A stretch of DNA of 64,000 nt from Vicinamibacteria bacterium (GTDB lineage Bacteria; Acidobacteriota; Vicinamibacteria; Marinacidobacterales; Marinacidobacteraceae): NCBI GenBank assembly GCA_964291235.2, contig OZ219815.1:736001-800000 (forward strand), written 5' to 3'. Each line of letters opens with the position of its first letter. Positions within the stretch are counted from its first letter, which is position 1. This document shows, piece by piece, positions 37,076-49,648 of this stretch. Made by a program: the position numbers and the translations under genes. The notes beneath the pieces are model-generated. The model saw only the letters and a list, made by a program, of their open reading frames with translations, did not search any database and was not told the origin of the DNA.

Positions 37076-39351
37076 ATGGTGAGCATGGGTTCCGCCCGCC
37101 CTCGCCCGCGGGCTCGACGTGCCCCGGTCGCGGCCGGATCGCTCCTGATCCTCCTGGCGATACCCATCGGCCAATCCGGAGCCACCCCGCCTCAGGGGCC
37201 GGAAACCCAAGCGGTTGCCGGAATCCCCTGGCAATCCCTGGCAGAACTCCCCGAGGGACTCGCCGCCGTCCGCCGCGCCGCGACCATCGAATCCCGGACG
37301 GACCGGCAGAAGGCGCTCAGCGCGATCGCCGACGACCCCGCGCTCTCGGCCCGCAGCCGGGCGGCGGCGTCGTACCGGCTCGGGGCCGACGCCCTCCGGC
37401 GCGGCCGGTGGACCGAAGCCGAAAAACGGCTCACCGCACCCGAACTCGCGGACAGTGAACTGACCGCGGACTCCCTCCATCTCCTCGGCAGGAGCTTTCC
37501 CGGCGTGCGCCGCCAGGACGGGATCACCCTCCTCCGCCGGGTTTTCGACGAGTTCCCCGAATACGGGGACCGGGACCGCCTCCGCTTCGATCTCGGACGC
37601 CGCCTCGCCCGGGCCGGATCGCGCGAAGAAGCCCTGACCCACCTGGAAGCGGCTGCCGCCGAGGGTGGCTTCACGCTCCGCGGCGAAGCGCTGGCCGCCG
37701 CCGCCGGAGCGCTCGAGCGACTCGGACGACGCGAAGAAGCCGCCCGGAAACTCGAGACCCTCTACTACGACATGCCGACCCACAAGGAGTCGCTGCCCGC
37801 GGGCCGGCAACTGTCGAACCTCTACAAGCGCTCGGACGTCAAGACGCCGTCCGCCGCCGAGAAGTACCCAAGGGCCATGCGGCGCGCCGAAGGCTTCGCC
37901 CAGGCCCGGAACTACCGAAAGGCCCACGAGAACTACCGGGAGGTCGCCCGCCGGTTCGCCAAGGCGGGCGATGCGGAACTCGTGAACCTCCGCATTGGAA
38001 TCCAGGAGCACCACCGCGGCCGCCTGAGCGCCTCGCTGCGCACCCTCGCCCGGATCAAGCGCGAAGATCTCCGGCCGGCGGCCCTCTACTACCGGGGCGA
38101 ATCGCTCCGGCGCCTCGAGCGCCGCACTACCCAGAAACGGGTCCTCGAAGAACTGCTGGCGCTCGAGCAGGAACATGAGTTCGGGGAGCGGGCGCTCTAC
38201 AGCCTCGCCCGCAGCCAGTTGGCAAAGAACGACCGGGTGGCCGCCCTGCCCTATCTCACCCGGCTCGCGGAGGCCTATCCGAACGGACAGCACGGACTCT
38301 TCGCCCGCTGGCACGTCCTCTGGGATCGCTACCGGAACGACGACCTCGACGGGACGGCCGGAGAGTTTGAGCGCGCCGCCCGTGAAAACCCCGGCGCGTT
38401 CATGGCCGGCCAGTTCCTCTATTTCGCCGGCCGCTCGCTGGAGCGAACGGGAGACCCGGAAGGCGCCGCCCGGCTCTACCGGGAGGTGTTCGTCGGCTAC
38501 CAGCACTCCTTCTACGGACGGATGGCCACGGAACGCCTCGAGGAACTGGGCCGGGCGGAATCCCTCACGAGCCCGCTGAGCGAACCCCACCGCCTCCTCG
38601 AGCGGTTCGATGTGCGGCGCACGGCGGAGGCCGAGCGGATCGAGGAGCTCTACGCCGCCGGTTACGCCGAGCGGGCTCGGGATGCGGCGCTCGCCGCGGC
38701 CCGCCGCGGGCTCCCGGACGACCCGGCGTTCGAGGCGATCCGCGGCTGGCTGCTGGCCGACGACAGCAGGAACGTTCCGGCGATCCAGGCGCTCCGGCGC
38801 GCCGCGCCGTTCCACACCTCGGCAGCCGGACAGGCGCTGCCCGACGCGTGGTGGCGGCTTCTCTTTCCGCTCGACTTCGAGGACCGGATCCAGACGCGCT
38901 CCGATCAATGGGAGCTTGATCCCTACTTCGTTGCGTCCCTGATCCGGCAGGAATCCGTGTTCATCCCGCGGACCCGGTCCCCGGTGGGGGCGCGGGGGCT
39001 CATGCAGGTCATGCCCGCCACCGGAAGGGCGCTCGCCCGGGCCGAAGGGGTGACCTTCCGGACCGCGCGCCTCTACGACCCCGGGGTGAGCATCCGTTTC
39101 GGAACGCGGTACCTGAGGCAGCTTCTCAACCAGTTCGCGAGCCGGCCGGAGCTGGCGCTCGCCGGCTACAACGCCGGGCCGCACCGGGTGAAGGACTGGA
39201 CCGACATGAACATGAAGATTCCCGCCGAGGTCTTCATCGAGGAGATCCCGTTCACCGAAACCCGCAACTACGTGAAGCTCATCATGCGGAACGAGATGAT
39301 CTACCGCCGGCTCTATCCCGAACTGGGCGAGACGAAGAAGACGGCCGGCCA

Positions 39352-39355
<4 letters not shown>
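37076..39355 (+). CDS. Soluble lytic transglycosylase with TPR repeats
   Basis: LIRQES, GARGLMQVMP, ALAGYNAG, IPFTETRNYV. Confidence 0.92.
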
Positions 39356-40523
<1,168 letters not shown>

Positions 40524-40527
<4 letters not shown>

Positions 40528-42557
40528 TTCGCCGGGTCGGGCCGGCGTTCCTGGCCCTCTGGGCCGCGGCAGGGTCTGCCGCCGGGGCCCAGCCTCCCGG
40601 CTCGGCCGAACACGCGGAGGCGAGGCGCCTGCTCGATGCCGGCGACAGCGAAGGGGCCCTGCGGAGCGCCTTCGAGGCTCTGACCCGGTCCGACAGCTTC
40701 TCCCCGCCGGAATGGAGCCAGGAGATCCCCGAGGGGCGCATCGTTCTGGACGAGTTCACCGGCGCGGCCAGCGCGGTGTACCGCCTGCAGCGAGCGGCCT
40801 ACCGGGTCACGCTGGGTGATGCGCTCGCCGCGGGCGGCGACGCGGAGGGGGCGGCGCGGGAGTACCGGCGCGCGGTGGCGCTCGACCCGCGGCCGGAGAC
40901 CTGGCGCCGTCTCGCCGACCTTCCGGGGATGCCTCGCGCCGAGCGCGTCGATGCGCTCCTGCGTTCCTGGGCGCGCTCGGCAGGCTCGGACCGGGAAGCC
41001 CTCGACCTGCTGCGGACATCCGGGGCCTTCCGGACCGAAAACGCTCTGGCCGCGGCGCTGGACCGCTTCCGCTTCCGGGCTCCGGAGGCCTCCCGCCGGC
41101 GAGCCCCGGAGGGAACCACACCCTACGAAACCCCTCTCCGGGACTTGACCCTGGCTGTCGAAGGAGGCGCCTGGTCGAGTCAGCGCTCGTTCTCGGAGGG
41201 GCGATCGCTGCTTGTCTATTTTCCCGAGGCCGGCTGCCCACGCTGCGGGGAGGTGATCGACGACCTGCAGGCGGTGCTGCGGGGCCAGGGCGTGGACCTG
41301 ATCGCGGCGGTTCCCGACGCCGACCTCGCCATCCTCACCCGGATCTCCGAACTCACCGGCGCGGGCCTGTTCCAGCCGGAACCGCAGACGGCATCGGCGA
41401 GGTCGGCCCTCCGGCCCCGTCCCATCGGTCACGTGGTGCGGCGGGACACGGTCGCCTTCCGGCCCGAAGGCGACAACGCCGAAACGCTCTGGCTGGCGGC
41501 CCGGTCCGGACTCTCCGTCTGGCGCATTGCGCTTGATCCCGGGACCTCCGTCCGGCGCACCCTGGACGCATTGTTCCGGTTTCTCGACGACTCTCCGGTC
41601 GAAGGCGGAGACGCGTCGCTGGTGGAAATTCCCGACTCTCCGGAGGAAATGATCGGAATCCTCCGCGGCCTGGAAACCGGCCCCGAGCCGGTGAGAGACA
41701 TCGAGAATCGACTGCTGAACGCGGTTCGCGCCAGGCTGCGCGCGTCGAACGACCCGGCGGATCGGGGGATCTCGCTGCTCCGCGCCGCCGCCGGGCTCCA
41801 GGCCGGGGACGCGGCGAGGCTCGCGCTGCTGACCCGGATCGTGCCCCGCTTCGGGGAGCGGCTGCTCCAGGCGGCACAAGGGGTGGACGACGGTGTGGTG
41901 CGGGCGATCCCGAACGGCCGGGTACGGGTGACGACCGTCGAGGGCGCCTTCGTCATCCAGAGGGACTACGAGGCGGCCGACGGATCTCCGCTGGTGCTAT
42001 CCGGCGTGGTCCGCCCGGGAGATCCGGGAGAGCTGCGAGTGATCGAAATCGTGCCCGGACGCGCCGTGAGCGTTGCCGCAAGAGAGGAGAGCCTGGTATT
42101 CCAGCGGGAGCGGCCGGATGGCGAAACCTGCCTGGCCTGGGGGCCGCCCACCGGCCCGCTGCAGGAGGACTGCGCCGCCCACATCGATCGGGGAGCGGTG
42201 GTGATTTCACGGAGCCAGCTCGTCGCCGGAAGCGACACGGGGGAACCCAGCTACCGGTTACGGGTGGACGGCGGGCCGGAGGTTCCGGAAGTGATGGCGC
42301 TGACGGACGGGCTGACCGCTTTCGCGGCCGGCGAACTGGAGGCCGCGGATGCAGCGTTCACCCGCGCCGCGGACGCCATCGGACCGGGGTCGCCACTCGA
42401 CATGGCGGCGGTCCGGTTCAATCTCGCGATGTTGGCGGAAGCCCGAGGGGACCGCGAGGGGGCGCTCGCCGCGCTCCAGGCGATCGGGGACGCGACGTTC
42501 CCGGGGGTGCTGGAGGAGGCGATCCGCCGGCTGTATCGGGCCGGGGAGGGCGGCTGA
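40524..42557 (+). CDS. Secreted TPR protein with a CxxC segment
   Basis: Signal peptide, N- and C-terminal TPR-like helices, LLVYFPEAGCPRC; overlaps the upstream stop. Confidence 0.7.
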
Positions 42558-42568
42558 GCGCCGCCCGA

Positions 42569-42950
42569 CTAGCCGGGATTTCTTATACCTCCGCCGCAGA
42601 GATCGATGCACGATGGTTCCCCTTTCGGCGAGAACCCCACCAGCCGTGATGTCCGACAGGCACGGGAACGCCGGCCTCCAGGCCGGCACAGCCCGCCGTA
42701 GGCGGGCGGCGGGATGAACCTGGCTGGCCGGGATGGCTCCCTCTCTCGGTGAGGACCCCGCGAGCGCGACCGGCGAGGAACCGCCCGCGGCGCTACGCGC
42801 CGCTGTGCCGACCTGGAGGTCGGCGTTCCCGTGCCTGTACGCCGTCCGTGCGTTCGGGGTCCGCGTCTGACGCGTGTCTCTCGACATCATCAACAGGTTG
42901 ACGTGATCCGCACGGCACCTTGGGCCATGAGTATGAGAAATCCCGACTAA
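42569..42950. mobile_element. MITE-like element (about 380 bp) with terminal inverted repeats, containing type-B REP hairpins
   Basis: Ends CTAGCCGGGATTTCTTATAC / GTATGAGAAATCCCGACTAA; inverted homolog at 48128-48544. Confidence 0.8.
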
Positions 42951-43453
42951 CCGCCCACCAGCCCGGCCACCACCCGTTCGAACAGGGGCCGGATCACTCC
43001 GCCGGCGAACAACAGACCAACGGCGCCCAGGACGCCCCACACCAGGCGACGCGTTCCGAAACTCCGTTCGAGAGACTTGTTGATCTGCGCCGTCAGTTCC
43101 AGGAGCGCATTCTCCAGTCTGTCCAGCCGGGCATCCACCGCCGCGAATCGGTGGTCGATCCGGGCCTCCAACTCGTTCGTCCGCTGCTCCGCGCGGGCAT
43201 CCACTTCGGTGAGCCGTTGATCGATCCGGACCTCCGACTCGTTCGTCCGTTGTTCCGCGCGGGCGTCCACGTTCGCGATCTCAGCCCGGAGCTCCTTGAA
43301 GTCTTCGCGGTGCTGCCGGCGAAATTCGCGAAACTCCTCGCGGTCTTCCTGCCGCTCGGCTCGGAGCACGGCGAACTGGCCGTGAACGAGGTTCAGTCCG
43401 TCCGCCAGCTTCCGGTCCAGCGCCCGGATCGCCCCCATTTCCGCGCTGCTCAC
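42947..43453 (-). CDS. Coiled-coil protein with a 22-aa internal repeat and C-terminal TM
   Basis: VDARAEQRTNE occurs twice; hydrophobic C-terminus. Start uncertain (GTG 43453 or 43498). Confidence 0.65.
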   Translation of the reverse strand: MSSAEMGAIRALDRKLADGLNLVHGQFAVLRAERQEDREEFREFRRQHREDFKELRAEIANVDARAEQRTNESEVRIDQRLTEVDARAEQRTNELEARIDHRFAAVDARLDRLENALLELTAQINKSLERSFGTRRLVWGVLGAVGLLFAGGVIRPLFERVVAGLVGG

Positions 43454-43515
43454 AACTTCCTCTTCGCTATCACCAAGGCCAGTATAGGGCTTATCCACCG
43501 ACTCGCCGGCGGCAA

Positions 43516-43971
43516 GGAGCGCCGGCCTCCGGCCGGCATCGCTTCGCACAGCGAAGCGAAACTCCCGAACCTGTTCGTTCCCCACGGCCGGGACCCAGTC
43601 CGTGACGGTGAAGACCCCAGCGTGCAGGAGGATCGCGCAGCGCTCCTATGCGGAGGTGTGACGATGCGCCGTCGCCGTTTGGGTGGGCGTCGTCGGGGAA
43701 GATTGAGGCAGGGAGTTTCGCGGCCAGGAGCGCCGGCCTTCAGGCCGGCATCGCTTCGCGCAGCGAAGCGAAACTCCCGAACCTGCTCGTCCCCTACGGC
43801 CGGGACCCAGTCCGTGACGGTGAAGACCCCAGCGTGCAGGAGGATCGCGCAGCGCTCCTATGCGGAGGTGTCACGATGCGCCGTCGCCGTTTGGGTGGGC
43901 GTCATCGGGGAAGAGCGAGTCTGGGAGTTTCGCGGCCGGAGGCCGCGATGCCGGCCGGAGGCCGGCGCTCC
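43516..43971. repeat. Two tandem copies of a 211-bp composite of type-A REP modules
   Basis: GGAGCGCCGGCC at 43516 and 43727 with near-identical following sequence; closing inverted REP at about 43945. Confidence 0.9.
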
Positions 43972-44024
43972 TGGCCGGCGCGCCTGGCCGGCGCTCCTGG
44001 CTTGCGCTCCTTGCGGTCCTGGGC

Positions 44025-45473
44025 CTACTCCAGGCCGACGAGTCCCTTCACCGAGGCGATCAGCTTGAGTGAGTCGTAGCCGACGCCGTCCTTGAAGACG
44101 GTCACCACGTTCCGGATCTGGAACGGATCGGCCACCGGATCGCCGTCGATGAGGATCAGGTCGGCGAGCTTGCCGGCCTCGATGCTTCCGAGGTCCTCAT
44201 CCACGCCGAGCACCCGGGCGCCGTTCAGGCTCATCACCTGGAGCGCCTCCGAGGGCGTGAACTCGGCTTCGAGCAGGAGCTCGTAGTTCCGCTGGTCGCC
44301 GAATCCGGGGAGCGCGCCCCCGTTCCCGGTGGGGTCCACCCCGGCGGCGAGCAGGCCACCCGCCTTGTAGAACTGGTACTCGAACGCCTGGGCCTTCGGG
44401 AAGAGGTCCTGGAACACGGCGTCCTGGGCATCAGCGATCTCCTCGCGGCGGGCGAGGTACTCATCCCGGGCGCCGGGGGAGAGCGCCTCCAGATTCCGGT
44501 CCTCGAGGGGAGGCCGGCCGGGGACCGAGAGCTCATAGACCGCGAGCGTGGAGGTCAGCGCGACTTCGTTGTCCACCATGTGGGAGATCGTGCCGTTCAC
44601 CGCGTCGGAGCCGATGTCCACGTCCCGGAGGGTGCTGCGGAAGTCCGGCGGGCACTCGTCGGGCTCCTTGCCCGGGTGGTACTCGGTGTTCGTGAAGAAC
44701 CCGTGCTCCAGCGAATCGATTCCGAGGTCCACCGCCTCCCGGAAGGTGACCGAACAGAGGTGCGCCGTGAACCGGAGCCCGTGCTTGTGGGCTTCCTCGA
44801 TGGCGGCCCCGAGCTCGGCGCGCGAAATCCGCGTGTAGGCCTTGAACCAGGTCGCCCCCTCTTCGGCCCAGTAGGCCACTACCCGGCGGGCGTCCTCGGG
44901 GCTCGACACCTGGGTCATGTAGGTGCTGGCGCCGGCTCCCGAGATGTAGGGACCGGTGATGTGCATCCGGGGTCCGACGATCTCGCCCGCGTCGATGGCG
45001 CGGCGCATGTTGATTTCGCTGTAGGGGGAATAGCTGCCGGTGGTCCGGATGGTGGTGACTCCGGCCGCCAGGTAGAGGCGCGGGGAAGTCGTGTTCATCT
45101 GCGAGTGGCGGGCCGCCGTCGTGTAGAAGGTGTGGTTGTGGACGCCGATGAGACCCGGGATCACGGTGTGCCCGGAGCCATCGATCTGCCGCGCGGCCTC
45201 GGGGATCTCGACCTCGCCGTCGGGTCCCACGCTCAGGATGCGGCGGTCCGCGATGACGACCGTCTGGCCACTTCGGGGCGCCGCTCCGGTGCCGTCCACC
45301 ACCTGCACGCCGGTGATCGCGATGACCGGGTCGCCGTACTGGACGAACCGCCGGGCGTTTTCCTGAAGCTCGTCGGCGGACTGCGCGAGGAGCGAGCCGG
45401 GGACGGCGAGCAGCGCCGCCAGGCCGATCAGTGCCGTTGCGGGAACGGACCGTCGAAAGAATCTGCGAGTCAT
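44025..45473 (-). CDS. Secreted amidohydrolase
   Basis: PGLIGVHNH, AHLCS, EHGF, AGVDPTG, GSIEAGKLADL. Confidence 0.9.
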   Translation of the reverse strand: MTRRFFRRSVPATALIGLAALLAVPGSLLAQSADELQENARRFVQYGDPVIAITGVQVVDGTGAAPRSGQTVVIADRRILSVGPDGEVEIPEAARQIDGSGHTVIPGLIGVHNHTFYTTAARHSQMNTTSPRLYLAAGVTTIRTTGSYSPYSEINMRRAIDAGEIVGPRMHITGPYISGAGASTYMTQVSSPEDARRVVAYWAEEGATWFKAYTRISRAELGAAIEEAHKHGLRFTAHLCSVTFREAVDLGIDSLEHGFFTNTEYHPGKEPDECPPDFRSTLRDVDIGSDAVNGTISHMVDNEVALTSTLAVYELSVPGRPPLEDRNLEALSPGARDEYLARREEIADAQDAVFQDLFPKAQAFEYQFYKAGGLLAAGVDPTGNGGALPGFGDQRNYELLLEAEFTPSEALQVMSLNGARVLGVDEDLGSIEAGKLADLILIDGDPVADPFQIRNVVTVFKDGVGYDSLKLIASVKGLVGLE

Positions 45474-45591
45474 CTGCGCCTCCTTGCCGGGGCGGGGCCG
45501 CGGCATCCGGCCGCGACGCGGGCGAGCGATGCTAGCAGCCGGTAGGGGTGTGTACCGATCCTCGCCGTTCATGCGAGAATCACCAGTTCCA

Positions 45592-46959
45592 ATGCGCGCC
45601 CCGATTTCCCCGCGTCTTGCCGCTTGCTTGGGTGCTTTCGTGCTCGTGGCGGCGGCGTCCGGCGCCCAGGACCGGATTGCCCCGCTCGATACCCCGGCTC
45701 CCGATGGCAGCGGGATGTACTCGCTGAACGCAACTCCGGAAGGGGCCACGGTCCTGAGTTGGCTGGAGCCCGCGGGCGATGGCCACGCGCTCCGCTTTTC
45801 GGAACTGCAACGTCCCGGAAGTAGCGAGGAGATCACCGCGGACGCCTGGGGAGAGCCGAAGGCGATCGCCGAGGGGGCCGGCTGGTTCGCGAACTGGGCC
45901 GACCACCCGAACGTGGCGCTCGTCGGAGAAGACCGGCTCGCCGCCCACTACCTGGTCCGGAACCCGGAGGCCGACGGTCACTACGGCTACGGGCTGAAGA
46001 TCGTGTTCTCGATGGACCGGGGCGTCACCTGGCGCGAGGTGCTCTCGGAGGGTCTCGACAACGTCGAGAGCTACTCCGGGTTCGTCTCGTTCACCCCGGA
46101 GCCCGGCGGCTTTTCGGCAGCCTACCTGACGCCGCCGCCGGGGTCGAAGGATCCGGGGGACATGACCCTGCGGCTCGCCCGCTTTCACGAGCAGGGCTAC
46201 CAGCTCGGCAACCAGCTTCTGGATCCGGACGTTTGCAGTTGCTGCCCCACGGCGATGGCCACCATCGGCGGCGAGCCGGCCGTGGTCTATCGGGACCGGG
46301 TGCGGAACCCGCCGGAGGACGACGTTCGGGACATCGCGATCACCCGGAGGGTGCGGGGCCTCTGGGAGCCGGGTCGGCCGGTGCACGCGGACGGCTGGGG
46401 CATCAACGCCTGCCCGGTCAACGGACCCGTGATTGCGGCGAGCGGCGACGCCGTGGCCGTTACCTGGTTCACCATGGCGAGTGGGGAACCCGAGGTCCGG
46501 TTTGCCTTCTCACAAAACGGTGGGGAGGGCTTCGGGATGCCGATCCGTCTGGACGGCGGTAACGGGCGGGGGTACACCGCGGTCGCGATGCTCGACGACG
46601 GCAGCGCGGCGGCCGCCTGGCTCGAAACGCCGGGCGGACGCGGGGAGGTCCGGGTGCGCCGGATCTGGCCGGACGGGCTCATCGGCCCGCCGGTAACGGT
46701 CGCGGAAGCACCCCCGGGGCGGGAAGCGGGGATGTTGCAGCTCGTTCGGGTTGCGAACGAGCCGCCGCCGGAGCCGGAAGAAGACGAAGAGGGAGAGCTC
46801 GACGAAGAGGACGAGCCCGACGAAGAGGCGGAAGCGGAGGAGACGGACGAGACGGAGGACATTGAGGAGGTGTTCGACGTCCAGGAACGCCTGATGGTCG
46901 CGTGGCGGGACGGGAAGGTCCGCACCGCGCTAGTCGAGATCTCGGCGCTCGAACACTGA
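45592..46959 (+). CDS. Secreted BNR/sialidase-like beta-propeller protein with an acidic insert
   Basis: FANWADHP, SMDRGVTW, VCSCC, NACPVNGP, SQNGGEGF. Confidence 0.75.
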   Translation: MRAPISPRLAACLGAFVLVAAASGAQDRIAPLDTPAPDGSGMYSLNATPEGATVLSWLEPAGDGHALRFSELQRPGSSEEITADAWGEPKAIAEGAGWFANWADHPNVALVGEDRLAAHYLVRNPEADGHYGYGLKIVFSMDRGVTWREVLSEGLDNVESYSGFVSFTPEPGGFSAAYLTPPPGSKDPGDMTLRLARFHEQGYQLGNQLLDPDVCSCCPTAMATIGGEPAVVYRDRVRNPPEDDVRDIAITRRVRGLWEPGRPVHADGWGINACPVNGPVIAASGDAVAVTWFTMASGEPEVRFAFSQNGGEGFGMPIRLDGGNGRGYTAVAMLDDGSAAAAWLETPGGRGEVRVRRIWPDGLIGPPVTVAEAPPGREAGMLQLVRVANEPPPEPEEDEEGELDEEDEPDEEAEAEETDETEDIEEVFDVQERLMVAWRDGKVRTALVEISALEH

Positions 46960-46981
46960 GCGCAGCCCGCTCCGGGCGGCT

Positions 46982-48073
46982 CTAGGGCGAAACCGCCGCG
47001 CGACGTCGTTCCGCGTCGAGGAGCGCGCGTTTCCGCTCCAATCCCCAGCGATAGCCGCCCAGGTTGCCGTCCCCCCGCAGCACGCGGTGGCAGGGCACCA
47101 GCACCGCGACGCGGTTCGCCGCGCAGGCCGAAGCAACGGCCCGGGCCGCCCCTGGCTGCTCGATCCGTGCGGCCAGCTCGCCGTAGCTGATCACTTCGCC
47201 GTCCCCCACACTCAGGAGAAAGCGCCAGACGCGCATCTGGAAGGCCGTCCCGCGGAGGTCCAGGGGCAGCTCGGGCCGGGGGGCGCTCCGGCCCAGGTGC
47301 GCCTCCAGTGCCTCGATCCACGCGTCGAGTTCGGGGGCCTCCTGCGCGTCCGACGCGACGAGGGCCGCCTTCGGAAACTCCCGGCGCAGCCGCTCCAACA
47401 GGGTCTCCAGATCCTCCCCGAACTGCGCGAAGCAAACACCGCGTTCGGTGGCCGCCATCAACACGGCGCCGAGCGCCGTGTCCCGCCAGGCGTAGGCGAT
47501 CGTCTCTCCGGCGCCACCGGCGCGATAGGCCTTCGGCGTCATGCCGAGGTTGCGCGGCCGTTCCCCGTACACACGGCTTAGCGACCCGTACCCCGCCGAG
47601 AAAATCGCGCCGGTGACGCCGTCGCCGTCCTTGAGCGACGCCTTGAAGCGCTTCATTCGAACCGCGTCCTGGTACGCCTTGGGCGAGACGCCGAACTGCG
47701 CCTTGAAGACGCGCTGCAGGTACGACGGCGAGAGGCCCACCTGCCCCGCGAGGTCGCGCAGGGTCAGCCGCTCCTTGGCGTGCGCTTCGATGAACCTGGC
47801 GACGCTGACGAGCCGGCCCAACTGCGGCGCGGCGTCGGTGGGGCGACAGCGTTTGCACGGCCGGAAGCCGGCGGTCCGCGCCGACTCCACGTCGGGAAAG
47901 AACCGCAGGTTCTCCGGCCGCGCCGGGCGCGAGGCACAGGAGGGACGGCAGAAGACGCCCGTGGTGGTCACCGCGTAGAGAAAGAGATGGTCGGAGGTCT
48001 GGTCGCGCGCCGCAACGGCAGCGCGCATTTTGTGTTCGGATGGCATCGGCATGGTTTCAGCTCCCGACGTCAT
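46982..48073 (-). CDS. ada: Bifunctional Ada regulator / O6-methylguanine methyltransferase
   Basis: FCRPSC, GFRPCKRC, AraC HTH, GTAFQMRVW, VPCHRV. Confidence 0.95.
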   Translation of the reverse strand: MTSGAETMPMPSEHKMRAAVAARDQTSDHLFLYAVTTTGVFCRPSCASRPARPENLRFFPDVESARTAGFRPCKRCRPTDAAPQLGRLVSVARFIEAHAKERLTLRDLAGQVGLSPSYLQRVFKAQFGVSPKAYQDAVRMKRFKASLKDGDGVTGAIFSAGYGSLSRVYGERPRNLGMTPKAYRAGGAGETIAYAWRDTALGAVLMAATERGVCFAQFGEDLETLLERLRREFPKAALVASDAQEAPELDAWIEALEAHLGRSAPRPELPLDLRGTAFQMRVWRFLLSVGDGEVISYGELAARIEQPGAARAVASACAANRVAVLVPCHRVLRGDGNLGGYRWGLERKRALLDAERRRAAVSP

Positions 48074-48127
48074 TCCAGCGCAGCGGCCACCGCGCGTCCA
48101 TCCGTTTCTTGCCGAGGAATTCTTTTC

Positions 48128-48544
48128 CTAGCCGTATTTCTCGTACTCATGGCCCAAGGTGCCGCGCGGATCACGTAGACCCGTTGATGATGTCGGGAGA
48201 AACGCGGCAGGTACGGACCCCGACCGCACGGACAGCGTGTAAGCACGGGAACCCCACCGGGAGAACTGTGCCGACCTCCAGGCCAGTTCTCCCGGTGGGG
48301 GCCGGCACAGCGGCGCGCAGCGCCGCGGGCGATTCCTCGCTGCTCGCGCTCACGGGGCCCTGTCCGAGAGAGGGAGCCATCCTGGCTAGCCAGGTCCGTC
48401 CCGCCGCCCGCCTGCGGCGGGCTGTGCCGGCCTGGAGGCCGGCGTTCCCGTGCCTGCCCGATATCAAGGCTGGTGGGGTTCTCGCCGAGAGGGGAACCAT
48501 CCTGCATCGATCTCTACGACGGAGGGATGAGAAATCCGGGCTAG
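48128..48544. mobile_element. MITE-like element, inverted copy of 42569-42950 with two 17-nt insertions
   Basis: Ends CTAGCCGTATTTCTCGTAC / GATGAGAAATCCGGGCTAG. Confidence 0.8.
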
Positions 48545-49536
48545 AGGCGGTACGTGAACGAGAGGGAGACCGAATAGGACACGAGGTCCCGGAGCACCAC
48601 ATGGAAAGTTGCCGGCGTCTGCCCGTCGGCGAGGACCGGCCGGTGGCTTCGTATCACGTCCCACTCTCCCGATAGCCGAATATCGCGGTAGCGCGAGTAG
48701 CGTCCCCGGAGCGCGATGGTAAACCGCTCGTTGGCCTCGATCGCCACCCCGCCGATCACGTTCGCGCCGAGTGTTCGAGCGGCGACCTGGAGCGATGCGG
48801 AATCGGCCGTGCCGGCCGCCCTCGCCTGCCACGCGGGGATCTGAGCACCCGCGCCGGGATCGACTCCGCCAACGGGCCAAAATCCCTCAGCGAGCGTTCG
48901 CCGGACTCGCAGGCCGTCGAGAACGAAGATGACCTGGGACACGCCGCCGCCGACGCCCAGGAACGGCGTGAAGCGAGTGGAAGTCGGGATGTCGAGCTGC
49001 AGGTTCACGAAAACGTCGGAAACGCTCAACCCCGAAATCGTGGCTCGCGGGGGTTCGGCGGTGCTCCATTCGAGGAATCTCTCGCCGGCCAGGTTGCCGG
49101 CGTCCGACAGTGGGGCGGAAGTGCTGCCAAGGAACGCGGTGCTCGCTTCGACTTCCAGTCGCAGCGGACCCCGGGCATACCCGAACGCGAGAGCGGTTGC
49201 GCTGGTCATCGTCTCCGCGCCCTGGTCGAACTCGCTGGTCGCGAAGACCGCGGAGGCAGGCGCCGGAGACACCACATCGCGCGGAACGGTGGCCGGGTCG
49301 GGATAGAGCAGCCGGTCACAACGCGTGGGCTGATCGACCCCGTCGAATTCTCCGCGGATGGTCAACGCGTCCGCGTCCCCGAAATCGCCCCGCAGATAGA
49401 AACCGTTGCGCCCTTGCGCGCTCGCCGCCGGGGGGACCAGGGACCCGGTGAGCCCGACGAGCAGGGCCGCCGCCAGGAGGCGAACGGTCGCCGCGACCCG
49501 CCGGGCGCTCCCGGTCGGCGTGTTGTTGGAGTCCAT
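48541..49536 (-). CDS. Outer-membrane beta-barrel protein (opacity/OmpA-like)
   Basis: Signal peptide, GFYLRGD, LRLEVE, RFTPFLGVGGG, C-terminal LSFTYRL. Confidence 0.75.
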   Translation of the reverse strand: MDSNNTPTGSARRVAATVRLLAAALLVGLTGSLVPPAASAQGRNGFYLRGDFGDADALTIRGEFDGVDQPTRCDRLLYPDPATVPRDVVSPAPASAVFATSEFDQGAETMTSATALAFGYARGPLRLEVEASTAFLGSTSAPLSDAGNLAGERFLEWSTAEPPRATISGLSVSDVFVNLQLDIPTSTRFTPFLGVGGGVSQVIFVLDGLRVRRTLAEGFWPVGGVDPGAGAQIPAWQARAAGTADSASLQVAARTLGANVIGGVAIEANERFTIALRGRYSRYRDIRLSGEWDVIRSHRPVLADGQTPATFHVVLRDLVSYSVSLSFTYRL

Positions 49537-49648
49537 GCGCCAATCTCCCCCATGCGGACAGAGCGCAGAGTCTGTCTAACCGAACGTGGTGGGGCGGGTT
49601 CGAGTTCTCAACGGCCGGCGGTTTCCCCAAGTGCAGCCCGGGCGCCCC

